In this document: in pieces, positions 55,751 through 64,000 of the stretch
Position numbering within the stretch: position 1 is the first letter of the stretch
Layout of the letters: the number at the start of each line of letters is the position of its first letter
From: Acutalibacteraceae bacterium
Lineage (GTDB): Bacteria > Bacillota > Clostridia > Oscillospirales > Acutalibacteraceae
Length of the DNA stretch: 64,000 nucleotides
Assembly: GCA_045638965.1 (NCBI GenBank)
Contig: JAZUCC010000003.1
Span: 65,558-129,557, forward strand
Direction: 5' to 3'
The notes under the pieces: model-generated
Seen by the model: only the letters and a program-made list of their open reading frames with translations
The model's database searches: none
What the model was told of the DNA's origin: nothing
Program-made: the position numbers and the translations under genes

Positions 55751-55785
55751 TGCGGAGTGTCCGAAAGGGCACTCCGCAGTTTTTT
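55751..55785 (+). terminator. Rho-independent terminator of the giant gene
   Basis: GCGGAGTG-tccgaaaggg-CACTCCGC followed by T7. Confidence 0.8.
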
Positions 55786-55911
55786 TGGTCACTTGCAGGT
55801 CCGCAGCCGCGGGACGGGATTTTTATACTATGATTTCAGTCATGATTTTCTTGACATATATTGTTATTGATATTAAAATGTACTATATATAACTATATGT
55901 GGAGAATTGCC

Positions 55912-56988
55912 ATGAAATATGCTCTCGTCGGATGCGGCAGGGTAGCTCCGAGCCATATAAAGGCTGCCGTGCAGAACAAATTTGATATAACAGCAGTGTG
56001 CGATATTGATTTTTCGCACATAGATGAGCTGTTTTCCTGTGTACCCTCATGCAACAGTGAAGGCATCAGGAGATATTCCGATTACTGTGAAATGTTCGAT
56101 GCGGAAAAGCCCGAGCTTGTGAGCATTGCTCTTCCCAGCGGTCTTCATGCCGAGGCGGCAATTGCAGCCATTAAAAGGGGCATTAATGTAATTATAGAAA
56201 AGCCTATGGCTATGAGCATTGAGGATGCGGATGAAATTATCCGTCTTGCAAGAAAGCATAATGTCAAGGTGTCTGCCTGCCATCAGAACCGCTTCAATGT
56301 TGCGGTGCAGGAAATGCGGGCCGCTCTTGAAAAGGGACGCTTCGGAAAGCTTTCCCACGGTGCAATCACGGTGCGCTGGGGCAGAGATAAGGAATATTAT
56401 GACCAGGCCCAATGGCGCGGAAAATTTGCTTCTGACGGTGGTGCTCTCATGAATCAGAGCATCCACGGAATAGACCTTCTTGTGTGGATGTGCGGCGGTG
56501 AGCTTAAAAAGGTGTATGCCGCAACAAGAAGACAATATCACCCCTATATTGAGGCAGAGGACATCGGCTGTGCAGTGCTTGAATTTGAAAGCGGTGTTAT
56601 CGCAACCGTAGAGGGTACTGTGAATGTACCCGGCGAAAGCCTTGAGGAGCATCTTACCCTTATAGGTAACGGCGGTGTTGTAAAGCTGGGCGGTACAAGT
56701 GCCAATTCAATTGATGTATGGCGTTTTACCGATAATCCCGAGGACAGCAAGGATGGCTACCATGAAAAAACAGTTAATGTTTACGGTAACGGTCACACAA
56801 GCCTTTTCGAGGATGTTGCACAAGCAATAAGAGAGGACAGAGAGCCCTATGTTGATGCCGTTGCAGGCAAGAAGGCTCTTGAAACAGTGCTTGCAATCTA
56901 TAAGTCCTCCTACACGGGGCTTCCCGTAAGCCTGCCCCTTGAAAATGTTGCGGGAATAGATTTTGAGGATATGTTCAAAAATGATTAA
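55912..56988 (+). CDS. Gfo/Idh/MocA family NAD(P)-dependent oxidoreductase
   Basis: ATG at 55912 after GGAG. N-terminal Rossmann MKYALVGCGRVA and the EKPMA motif. Confidence 0.8.
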   Translation: MKYALVGCGRVAPSHIKAAVQNKFDITAVCDIDFSHIDELFSCVPSCNSEGIRRYSDYCEMFDAEKPELVSIALPSGLHAEAAIAAIKRGINVIIEKPMAMSIEDADEIIRLARKHNVKVSACHQNRFNVAVQEMRAALEKGRFGKLSHGAITVRWGRDKEYYDQAQWRGKFASDGGALMNQSIHGIDLLVWMCGGELKKVYAATRRQYHPYIEAEDIGCAVLEFESGVIATVEGTVNVPGESLEEHLTLIGNGGVVKLGGTSANSIDVWRFTDNPEDSKDGYHEKTVNVYGNGHTSLFEDVAQAIREDREPYVDAVAGKKALETVLAIYKSSYTGLPVSLPLENVAGIDFEDMFKND

Positions 56989-57658
56989 AGCTGTTATATT
57001 TGACCTTGACCACACTCTTTTTGACCGTCACGCTACGCTTAAAAGCCTTGTACCCGCATTAAGAAGGGAATTTTCGGTAAACAGGGAAATGTCCGATGAG
57101 GAAATCGGAAATCACTGGTGCTATGCTGACGACCATCTGGTTTATTCGGGCTGGGAGTACATCCATGAATATCTTATAAAAAACGGTATTTTTGATGAGC
57201 CGCCTACCTTTGAGGCTTACCGTGACTTTGTATTCAGATATTTTAAGATAACCGCAGTGCCGTTCCCCGAAACCGTACCAATGCTTGAGCGTCTTCGCAG
57301 TATGGGCTATAAAACAGGACTTATCACAAACGGATATCCCTACCTGCAGTATGCAAAGGTTGACATGCTGGGGCTGCGCTTACATTTCGATGAAATAATT
57401 GTGACGGGAGATTACGGCATACACAAGCCCGACCGCGGGATTTTTGATATTATGGCAGATATGCTTTCCTTGTCTCCCGATGAAATGGTTTATGTAGGGG
57501 ATAACCCCATAAATGATATTGAGGGCGCAAGAGGCGCAGGCTGGAAAACCGTATGGATGAAATCCACGGGCTTCTGGGACGAAAAAACAGAAAAAGCCGA
57601 CAGAGAGGTATTTACCGTCGGCGAAGTAATTGATGCAGTATTAAGCTTGGAGGAATAA
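56981..57658 (+). CDS. HAD superfamily hydrolase (subfamily IA)
   Basis: The ATG at 56981 overlaps the upstream stop (ATGATTAA). Has DxDxT motif VIFDLDHTLF, plus GLITNG and VGDNPINDIEGA. Confidence 0.8.
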   Translation: MIKAVIFDLDHTLFDRHATLKSLVPALRREFSVNREMSDEEIGNHWCYADDHLVYSGWEYIHEYLIKNGIFDEPPTFEAYRDFVFRYFKITAVPFPETVPMLERLRSMGYKTGLITNGYPYLQYAKVDMLGLRLHFDEIIVTGDYGIHKPDRGIFDIMADMLSLSPDEMVYVGDNPINDIEGARGAGWKTVWMKSTGFWDEKTEKADREVFTVGEVIDAVLSLEE

Positions 57659-57661
57659 ATT

Positions 57662-59431
57662 ATGGAAAAATTGTACACACGCTGGGGCAGAGAGCTGAAT
57701 AAGGAAATGCCCCTTTCTGAATATCCCCGTCCCCAGATGGTGAGAGATTCTTTTATCTGCCTTAACGGTATGTGGGATTATGCTATTTATCCCTCTGTTA
57801 AGAGCTTTAACGGTTACGAGGGTGAAATCTGCGTTCCCTTCAGCCCCGAATGTCTTTTAAGCGGTGTTGAAAGAAATGTTACTCCCGAGGATACCTTATA
57901 CTACAGAAAGAAATTCACTTTCACAAAGACAAATGACAGAGTTCTTCTTCACTTCGGTGCAGTTGACTATAAATGCGAGGTAACCGTAAACGGCGTATGC
58001 TTCGGTACTCACACAGGCGGTTATTTCCCCTTTGAGGTTGATATCACAAAGGCTGTAAAGGACGGCGAAAATGAAATTACCCTTAAGGTAACAGACCCCT
58101 CTGAAATGGGCTCACAGGCTTCAGGTAAGCAGACCTCCGCAAGAGGAAATATCTGGTACACACCCCAGTCAGGTATCTGGCAGACTGTATGGCTTGAAGA
58201 GGTTCCCGCAAGCTACATCAAGTCAGTAAAGCTTACTCCCGATATCGACAGTGATACACTTAAGGTTGAGGTAATGGGCGAGGGTGACATCGGTGAAATC
58301 ACAGTAACCGCTCTTGACGGTGAAAATGTACTCTGCTCTGTTTGCTCTTCAGCAGACACAGTAAGCCTTAAAATCAGCTCCTATGAGAAGTGGACTCCCG
58401 AGAATCCCCGTCTTTATGACCTTGTTATAAAAACAAAGACCGACGAGGTAAGAAGCTATTTCGGTATGAGAAAGTTCTCTGTCGGCAAGGACAGCAAGGG
58501 TGTTTCCCGTCTTATGCTCAACAACGAGCCCTATTTCCACAACGGACTTCTTGACCAGGGCTACTGGAGTGACGGTATGTACACCGCTCCCTCCGATGAA
58601 GCACTTATTTACGATATTCAGACAATGAAGGATATGGGCTTCAACATGCTTCGTAAGCACATCAAGATTGAGCCCCTTCGTTGGTATTATCATTGCGACA
58701 GACTCGGCATGCTCGTATGGCAGGATATGATAAACGGCGGTGATATATATAATCAGGCCGCTACAACAATTCTTCCCGCTTTCGGTCTTGCAACAGGTCT
58801 TAAAAAGACCTTCGGTGTAAAGGATACAAGTGTGAACTACAAGCTTTTCTCACGTCTTGATAAGAAGGGCAGAGAAGAATACTATGTTGATGCCGAAAGA
58901 ATGATAAATACCCTTTACAATGCAGTTTCAATCTGCCTTTGGGTTCCCTTCAATGAGGGCTGGGGACAGTTTGATTCCGTAAAGGCTACAGAATTCTTCC
59001 GCGAAAAGGACCCCACAAGAATCATTGACCACGCTTCAGGCTGGCACGATCAGGGCGCAGGTGACCTTAACAGCTTCCACATCTATTTTACTCCCTTCTT
59101 CTTCCCCAAATACGGTCTTAATGATGACAGAGTTATAGCTCTTACCGAATTCGGCGGATATTCAATGTCCATTGACGGTCACCGCTTCAATACTGAAAAG
59201 ACCTTCGGCTACAGAATCTATAAGTCCAAGGATGCACTTGAAAAGGCTCTTGAAACACTTTATGTAAAGAGACTTCAGCCCCTCATTGGAAAGAAGGGTC
59301 TTTCCGCTCTTGTTTATACCGAGGTCAGCGACGTTGAGGACGAGACAAACGGTCTTCTTACCTACGACCGTGAAATCATAAAGGTTGATGTTGATTTTAT
59401 GAAGAAAATCAACGAAAATATGAAGCTTTGA
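57662..59431 (+). CDS. Glycoside hydrolase family 2 enzyme
   Basis: The YPRPQMVRDSFICLNGMWDY N-terminus, acid/base WVPFNEGWG, and the nucleophile region ALTEFGGYS. Confidence 0.8.
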   Translation: MEKLYTRWGRELNKEMPLSEYPRPQMVRDSFICLNGMWDYAIYPSVKSFNGYEGEICVPFSPECLLSGVERNVTPEDTLYYRKKFTFTKTNDRVLLHFGAVDYKCEVTVNGVCFGTHTGGYFPFEVDITKAVKDGENEITLKVTDPSEMGSQASGKQTSARGNIWYTPQSGIWQTVWLEEVPASYIKSVKLTPDIDSDTLKVEVMGEGDIGEITVTALDGENVLCSVCSSADTVSLKISSYEKWTPENPRLYDLVIKTKTDEVRSYFGMRKFSVGKDSKGVSRLMLNNEPYFHNGLLDQGYWSDGMYTAPSDEALIYDIQTMKDMGFNMLRKHIKIEPLRWYYHCDRLGMLVWQDMINGGDIYNQAATTILPAFGLATGLKKTFGVKDTSVNYKLFSRLDKKGREEYYVDAERMINTLYNAVSICLWVPFNEGWGQFDSVKATEFFREKDPTRIIDHASGWHDQGAGDLNSFHIYFTPFFFPKYGLNDDRVIALTEFGGYSMSIDGHRFNTEKTFGYRIYKSKDALEKALETLYVKRLQPLIGKKGLSALVYTEVSDVEDETNGLLTYDREIIKVDVDFMKKINENMKL

Positions 59432-59446
59432 TATCGGAGAAAAATT

Positions 59447-60013
59447 ATGTTGACTATTGAAAAAGCAAAAGAGCTTCTTGCGACCACCACAACAGAAGAG
59501 CATCTTTTTCTTCATGCAAAAAATGTTTCCGTGGCTATGGGCGGTATGGCAAAGCATTTCGGTGAGGATGCATCCCACTGGCAGGCAATAGGCTATCTTC
59601 ACGATTACGATTATGAGCAGCACCCTGACGAGCATCTTCAGCACACTGAAGCACCCCTTAAGGATGCGGGACTTTCCGACTATGAAATAAGAGCAATTCT
59701 TGCACACGGCTTCGGTCACTGCAATGATGTTGAACCGCTCAATAACATTGAAAAATCTCTTTATACCGTGGATGAGCTTACGGGTATTATTCAGGCGGCA
59801 GCAAGAATGAGACCTATGGGTATTACCGACATGGAAATCGGCAGCTTCATGAAGAAGTTCAAGGACAAGAAATTTGCCGCCAAGTGCGACAGAGATGTCA
59901 TTAAAAAGGGCTGTGAAATGCTCGGAATGGAAGTTAAGCAGGTTGCCGAAATCTGCATCGAGGCTATGAAGGAATACGCCGACGACCTCTGCATCGGTGT
60001 AAAAGAAGCATAA
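59447..60013 (+). CDS. HD-domain metal-dependent phosphohydrolase
   Basis: H...HD pattern (LFLHAKNV..., IGYLHDYDY). Confidence 0.7.
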   Translation: MLTIEKAKELLATTTTEEHLFLHAKNVSVAMGGMAKHFGEDASHWQAIGYLHDYDYEQHPDEHLQHTEAPLKDAGLSDYEIRAILAHGFGHCNDVEPLNNIEKSLYTVDELTGIIQAAARMRPMGITDMEIGSFMKKFKDKKFAAKCDRDVIKKGCEMLGMEVKQVAEICIEAMKEYADDLCIGVKEA

Positions 60014-60025
60014 ACTGATTTATAA

Positions 60026-60066
60026 AAGCATAAGCTTGTTAAAAAAACAGACTTATGCTTTTTTTT
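60026..60066 (+). terminator. Rho-independent terminator
   Basis: AAGCATAAG-17 nt-CTTATGCTT followed by T6. Confidence 0.65.
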
Positions 60067-60138
60067 GTCACTAAATGAAGTTTTATATCATTATGATTTG
60101 CTTGACGGATTGATATATTTATTGTAAAATAATTTTAT

Positions 60139-60215
60139 CCGCTCGTGGCGCAGCTGGATAACGCAGCAGATTCCGATTCTGAAGATCGGGGGTTCGAATC
60201 CCTTCGAGCGGGCCA
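60139..60215 (+). tRNA. tRNA-Arg (anticodon CCG), CCA encoded
   Basis: Manual cloverleaf fold. Acceptor CCGCTCG/CGAGCGG. D-arm GCGC-AGCTGGATAA-CGC. Anticodon arm (G)CAGA-TTCCGAT-TCTG(A). T-arm GGGGG-TTCGAAT-CCCTT. Discriminator G plus CCA. A few non-canonical pairs (13:22, 27:43, two G-U). Confidence 0.75.
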
Positions 60216-60221
60216 GAAAAA

Positions 60222-60254
60222 AGAGTATCGACCTTGTGTCGATGCTCTTTTTTT
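60222..60254 (+). terminator. Rho-independent terminator after the tRNA
   Basis: AGAGTATCGAC-cttgt-GTCGATGCTCT followed by T6. Confidence 0.8.
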
Positions 60255-60255
60255 G

Positions 60256-60274
60256 CTTGAAGGGATTCGAACCC
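60256..60274 (-). repeat. Inverted partial copy of the tRNA T-arm/acceptor
   Basis: The reverse complement GGGTTCGAATCCCTTCAAG matches tRNA 60190-60208 GGGTTCGAATCCCTTCGAG with one mismatch. Confidence 0.8.
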
Positions 60275-60380
60275 TGAGAGGGTGAGAGACGTGAAGAAAA
60301 CAGTCCGGTGGACTGTTTTTAGTCTCGAAGTCCGAAGTGGCAACGGCACGAGGACAGATGGCGCAAGGAAATGCGACATC

Positions 60381-60398
60381 ATCCCTTCGAGCGGGCCA
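60381..60398 (+). repeat. Direct 18-nt copy of the tRNA 3' end
   Basis: ATCCCTTCGAGCGGGCCA is identical to 60198-60215. Confidence 0.9.
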
Positions 60399-60402
60399 AA
60401 AA

Positions 60403-60436
60403 AATACCACTCACACTTTTGTGTGGGTGGTATTTT
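60403..60436 (+). terminator. Second terminator-like hairpin after the duplicated tRNA end
   Basis: AATACCACTCACAC-tttt-GTGTGGGTGGTATT (14 bp) followed by a short T tail. Confidence 0.55.
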
Positions 60437-60552
60437 GCATTTCAGGAAAAGATTTCCCGTTATTGAAGTGGCGGATGCTTTGTGATATAATAGTGAACAG
60501 AACATAAACAAAATATAAACAAATGCTAATAAAAAGCTTGTCGGAGGGTTAT

Positions 60553-62013
60553 ATGGATAAAGAACAGATTCATTCTGTTGTTGAAGCGCAGAGACGATTT
60601 TTTGATTCGGGGGCAACAAGAATTGTTGCTTCAAGAATCACTTATCTTAAAAAAATAAAAGAGTACATTGTAAAGAATGAAAGCATTCTTTCCGATGCAT
60701 TGAAATCTGACCTCGGCAAGAGTGCCTATGAGTCATATATGTGCGAAATTTCCGTTGTGCTTGCGGAAGTAAACTATATACTTTCCAATATCAGAAAGCT
60801 TACAAAAAACAAGAGGGTTGCCACTCCCTTCGGTCAGCAGCTGTCACGCAGTTATATAAGACCCACACCCTATGGTGTAACACTTATTATGAGTCCGTGG
60901 AATTACCCGCTTATGCTGACTCTGCCTCCTGTTATATCGGCAATTGCGGCAGGTAACACCTGTGTTGTTAAAACAAGTGCCTATTCAAAGGCAACAAGTA
61001 AGGCTATTGCTGATATGTTAGGGGAGATTTTTCCGCCCGAATATGTTGCCGTTATTTCCGGCGGAAGAGAAGAAAATCAGCATCTGCTTGACGAAAAGTT
61101 TGATTATATTTTCTTTACGGGCGGTAAAAATGTGGGTAAAACCGTTCTTAAAAAGGCGGCAGATAATCTCACTCCCGTAACCCTTGAGCTTGGCGGAAAA
61201 AGCCCCGCAATAGTTGACGAAACCGCAAAGCTCCGTCTTGCCGCAAGAAGACTTGTTTTCGGCAAGGGCTTCAATGTGGGACAGACCTGTGTTGCGCCCG
61301 ACTATGTTTATGTTCATTCAGACATCAAGAATGAATTTGTTGAACTGCTTAAGGAGGAAATTTCCCGTCAGTTCGGAGACTGCCTTAATAATGATGACTA
61401 CGGCTGTATTATCAATGAAAAGCATTTCGAGCGGTTATGCACTCTTATTGACCCTGAAAAAGCCGTGTTCGGAGGAAAGGGTGACCCTGCTACACGAAAG
61501 CTGCAGATGACGGTTATGGATAATGTAACATGGGATGATGCCGTTATGCAGGAAGAAATTTTCGGACCAATACTTCCCGTGCTTTCATACGACAGCCTCG
61601 ATGATGTTATCGCAGAAATAAAAAGACATGACAAGCCCCTTGCTTTTTATGTTTTTTCGCAAAGCAAGGAAAATATTGAAAAGCTTCATTCCTCATGTCA
61701 GTTCGGCGGCGGCTGTGTGAACGAAACCGATGTGCATGTTATAACAACCGCTATGGGCTTCGGCGGTATCGGTGAAAGCGGTATGGGGCAGTATCACGGT
61801 AAAGCGGGCTTTGACACCTTTACCCATTACACAAGCATTGTGAACAAAAGCACCTTTATTGATCTTGAGCAGAGATATCAGCCCTATAATAAGATTGATG
61901 TATTTCTTGCAAGAAATCTGAACTTCGGCTCATGTCTTCGTACAAGGCTTAAAACTGGCTATAAAATGTTTTCGGGCAAGCTGCCTATAGGCATATATTT
62001 CGGCAAAAAATAA
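60553..62013 (+). CDS. Aldehyde dehydrogenase family protein (class 3-like)
   Basis: ATG at 60553 after GGAGGG. Has ELGGKSP and the catalytic Cys region GQTCVAPDY, plus EEIFGP. Confidence 0.85.
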   Translation: MDKEQIHSVVEAQRRFFDSGATRIVASRITYLKKIKEYIVKNESILSDALKSDLGKSAYESYMCEISVVLAEVNYILSNIRKLTKNKRVATPFGQQLSRSYIRPTPYGVTLIMSPWNYPLMLTLPPVISAIAAGNTCVVKTSAYSKATSKAIADMLGEIFPPEYVAVISGGREENQHLLDEKFDYIFFTGGKNVGKTVLKKAADNLTPVTLELGGKSPAIVDETAKLRLAARRLVFGKGFNVGQTCVAPDYVYVHSDIKNEFVELLKEEISRQFGDCLNNDDYGCIINEKHFERLCTLIDPEKAVFGGKGDPATRKLQMTVMDNVTWDDAVMQEEIFGPILPVLSYDSLDDVIAEIKRHDKPLAFYVFSQSKENIEKLHSSCQFGGGCVNETDVHVITTAMGFGGIGESGMGQYHGKAGFDTFTHYTSIVNKSTFIDLEQRYQPYNKIDVFLARNLNFGSCLRTRLKTGYKMFSGKLPIGIYFGKK

Positions 62014-62019
62014 TAATAA

Positions 62020-62050
62020 AACGGGGAGAGGATATTAAATTCTCCCCGTT
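62020..62050 (+). terminator. Terminator-like hairpin
   Basis: AACGGGGAGA-11 nt-TCTCCCCGTT with a weak T tail. Confidence 0.5.
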
Positions 62051-62145
62051 GATCTGTTTGTGAGTTAAAATAATACAGCTATATTCTTGCACAACTATTT
62101 TTTTTGTTGTATTATATAAATATATATTTTCAGGAGGTAAACATC

Positions 62146-62694
62146 ATGACAGTATGGAATCTTAAATATCGTGTTACCGAGCAGGAGCATATTGATTTCA
62201 ATACTCACTATCTGTTGAAAACTCCCGCCGGAAAAAAATCTATCCGCCCCTTAAGGTACACCGCTCCCATTGTTTTTATTCCCGCTCTTATATTCTTTTA
62301 CATAAATGACGGTAATATAACAGGTCTTGTCATCCGCTTTGTTTTCTATACTGCGATTGCGGTTGTCATGGGGGTTATGGCTGACAGGCTGGTTGTAGCC
62401 TCCGCAAACCGGAATATCCGCAGAAAGGTAAAGAAAAATCCCGACCTGTTCAAGGATGAGGGTGAGTCAACCTTTGATTTTGAAAACGGTATTATCATAT
62501 CCCGCGGCAGGCTTGAAGAGGTAAAGGTCCGCTTTGAAAGCGTGACGAAAATGTATGAGGATCAGCGTGCATTTTATCTTTACTATTCGGTCGGAAAGGC
62601 AATTGTGATTCCCTACAGTGCATTTGAAACTGCCGAGGAATTTGCGCAGTTCCGCGAGCTTCTTCGCAATGCCTTCCCCACAGAAAATAAATAA
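62146..62694 (+). CDS. YcxB-like small membrane protein (hypothetical)
   Basis: ATG at 62146 after AGGAGG. Two central TM helices, and a C-terminal beta-rich region with ...RAFYLYYSVGKAIVIPYSAF, as in YcxB-type proteins. Confidence 0.5.
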   Translation: MTVWNLKYRVTEQEHIDFNTHYLLKTPAGKKSIRPLRYTAPIVFIPALIFFYINDGNITGLVIRFVFYTAIAVVMGVMADRLVVASANRNIRRKVKKNPDLFKDEGESTFDFENGIIISRGRLEEVKVRFESVTKMYEDQRAFYLYYSVGKAIVIPYSAFETAEEFAQFRELLRNAFPTENK

Positions 62695-62710
62695 TCATAC
62701 GGAGATTCCT

Positions 62711-63019
62711 ATGGCTGAAATACTCGAAATTGTAATGATACTTTCCTTTGGTGCTTCATGGCCCCTCAATGTTATAAAATCCTATAAGGCAAGAACGACC
62801 AAGGGAAAAAGTCTTCCCTTTCTTCTTCTCATTTTCTTCGGTTATATTGCAGGCATCGCTTCAAAATTCATGAATGAAGCCTACATGGCAGAATTCTCCG
62901 AAAAATGGTATGTTCTGTTTTTCTATTTCCTCAATATAACAATGGTGGGAACAGACCTTATCATGTATGTAAGAAACAGTAAGCTTGATAAAAAAAGAGA
63001 AGCAGGGGAGGAGATATAA
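62711..63019 (+). CDS. PQ-loop/SemiSWEET-like three-helix membrane protein
   Basis: ATG at 62711 after GGAG. About 100 aa and 3 TM. TM1 motif GASWPLNVIKSYKARTTKGKSL resembles the PQ-loop signature. Confidence 0.55.
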   Translation: MAEILEIVMILSFGASWPLNVIKSYKARTTKGKSLPFLLLIFFGYIAGIASKFMNEAYMAEFSEKWYVLFFYFLNITMVGTDLIMYVRNSKLDKKREAGEEI

Positions 63020-63020
63020 T

Positions 63021-63893
63021 ATGAAAATCGGTTTTATCGGTCTTGGCATAATGGGTGAAAGCATGTGCGAGAACATCGTAAAAAAGCATGATGACACCGT
63101 TTACTGCAATGACCATAAGGATGCACAGATAAAAAAGCTTGAGTCCTTCGGCTGTGTGGGTTGTTACTCAAATCTTGAAATTGCCGAAAAATCGGATATC
63201 ATAATCACAATGATTCCCACAGGTGAGCATGTGAAAAAGGCTTATAATGAAATGCTCCCCGCACTTAAGACAGGAAAAATCTGTATTGATATGTCCACAA
63301 TTGAGCCGTGGGTATCCGTTGAGGTTGCCCGTGAGGTCAGAAAAACAGGTGCGCAGTTTGCCGATTGTCCCGTTGTACGCTCAAAGGCAGATGCAATAAA
63401 GGGTACTCTCGGTGTGCTTGCAGGCTGTGACAAGGAGCTTTTCCCCGTAATTGAGCCTATTCTTTCCTATATGGGTCAGAAGGTTATTTACATGGGTGAA
63501 AACGGCAAGGGGCTTTGTGCAAAAATCTGTCATAATACCCTTGTTGCTGAAATTCAGAACGGTGTGAATGAAACTCTTCTTCTTGCACAAAGACTCGGAA
63601 TTTCCGTTGATAATTTTGCCGATGCCGTAGCCGCAGGCGGTGCAAATAATTCCTATATGGCAGTCCAGCGTGAAAAACTTAAGAATGAGGACTGGACAAC
63701 GGCATTTTCAATGGAAAACATGTATAAGGATATTTCAATCTGCAATAAAATTGCCGAGGCAGAGGATTTTTATATGCCGGGAATGATGGCTGCCCGCGCC
63801 AGCCTCGGCAAGGGTGTTGAAAATGGCTGGGCAAAGGACGATTTCAGAAAAACTTATCTTATTGTTAAAAACGGTGAAACAAGAGAAGATTAA
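63021..63893 (+). CDS. NAD(P)-dependent 3-hydroxyisobutyrate/6-phosphogluconate dehydrogenase-like oxidoreductase
   Basis: ATG at 63021 after GGGGAGGAG. Rossmann MKIGFIGLGIMGESM, and a central GxGxxxKxxxN-like GKGLCAKICHN. Confidence 0.8.
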   Translation: MKIGFIGLGIMGESMCENIVKKHDDTVYCNDHKDAQIKKLESFGCVGCYSNLEIAEKSDIIITMIPTGEHVKKAYNEMLPALKTGKICIDMSTIEPWVSVEVAREVRKTGAQFADCPVVRSKADAIKGTLGVLAGCDKELFPVIEPILSYMGQKVIYMGENGKGLCAKICHNTLVAEIQNGVNETLLLAQRLGISVDNFADAVAAGGANNSYMAVQREKLKNEDWTTAFSMENMYKDISICNKIAEAEDFYMPGMMAARASLGKGVENGWAKDDFRKTYLIVKNGETRED

Positions 63894-63914
63894 TTTTGAA
63901 AGGATTTTACACTG

Positions 63915-64000
63915 ATGAGTAAAGTAAAGGATTTTACCGATAAAATATGGTACGGTACGGGTGCGGTAGGACTTGACCTCAGCTACGGCATGTTCAACGG
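63915..64000 (+). CDS. 5' fragment of a GPH/MFS-type sugar-cation symporter (continues beyond the window)
   Basis: MSKVKDFTDKIWYGTGAVGLDLSYGMFN... is a typical GPH family N-terminus. Confidence 0.5.
   Translation, partial: MSKVKDFTDKIWYGTGAVGLDLSYGMFN

Noticed and set aside
55798-55814. A possible degenerate REP element (GTCCGCagccGCGGGAC) downstream of the giant gene, which would bracket the gene with REPs.
   Set aside because: Only an 8-nt word (GCGGGACG) is shared with the REP pair at 45993-46137, which is not distinguishable from chance.
60119-60634. 171-aa and 91-aa minus-strand ORFs spanning the tRNA region.
   Set aside because: They run through a tRNA gene and two terminators, and into the aldehyde dehydrogenase start. 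They have no coding signal.

Overview
A 64 kb chromosomal segment from a mid-GC Firmicutes/Clostridia genome. Two dockerin-bearing proteins and Listeria-Bacteroides repeats suggest a Ruminococcus/Oscillospiraceae-like organism. All calls rest on reading the translated ORFs and the raw sequence by eye; no database search was possible.

Most of the window is ordinary housekeeping and glycan metabolism:
- Cell envelope and DNA repair: murA, recG, xth, an M23/LysM peptidase, a THUMP RNA methyltransferase.
- Cofactor and transport: nadA-nadB-nadC, a Na/Pi cotransporter, an aldehyde dehydrogenase.
- Glycan use: a GH78 rhamnosidase, GH2 enzymes, a lipase and an esterase.
- One tRNA-Arg(CCG).

The accessory content is concentrated at 40.3-55.7 kb, a block of secreted or surface proteins of unknown function. 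It holds two dockerin proteins, two tandem lipoprotein paralogs (a third copy lies at 9.3 kb), and an IS200/RayT-like Y1 transposase with an inverted REP pair. It ends with a 9.3 kb gene for a 3093-aa surface protein.

That giant protein is the strongest candidate for something undescribed:
- It is built from about 45 short Cys-Cys-Cys(+His) modules, including 13 near-identical tandem 126-bp repeats.
- It ends in an amphipathic tail that also terminates the secreted esterase at 2666-3715.

Other items worth a second look:
- MurA carries a ~150-aa insertion that looks like two extra copies of its own folding unit.
- A GPH-type transporter is fused to a ~300-aa Lys/Glu/Ala-rich helical tail.
- Two tandem acyl-CoA-ligase paralogs are each followed by an unknown small ORF.
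- A 27-aa amphipathic peptide gene has its own promoter and terminator.
- A seven-copy 9-10 bp motif array lies between the lipase and esterase genes.
- Repeated fragments of the tRNA 3' end follow the tRNA-Arg gene.

I saw no CRISPR array, rRNA, prophage or recognisable defence system.
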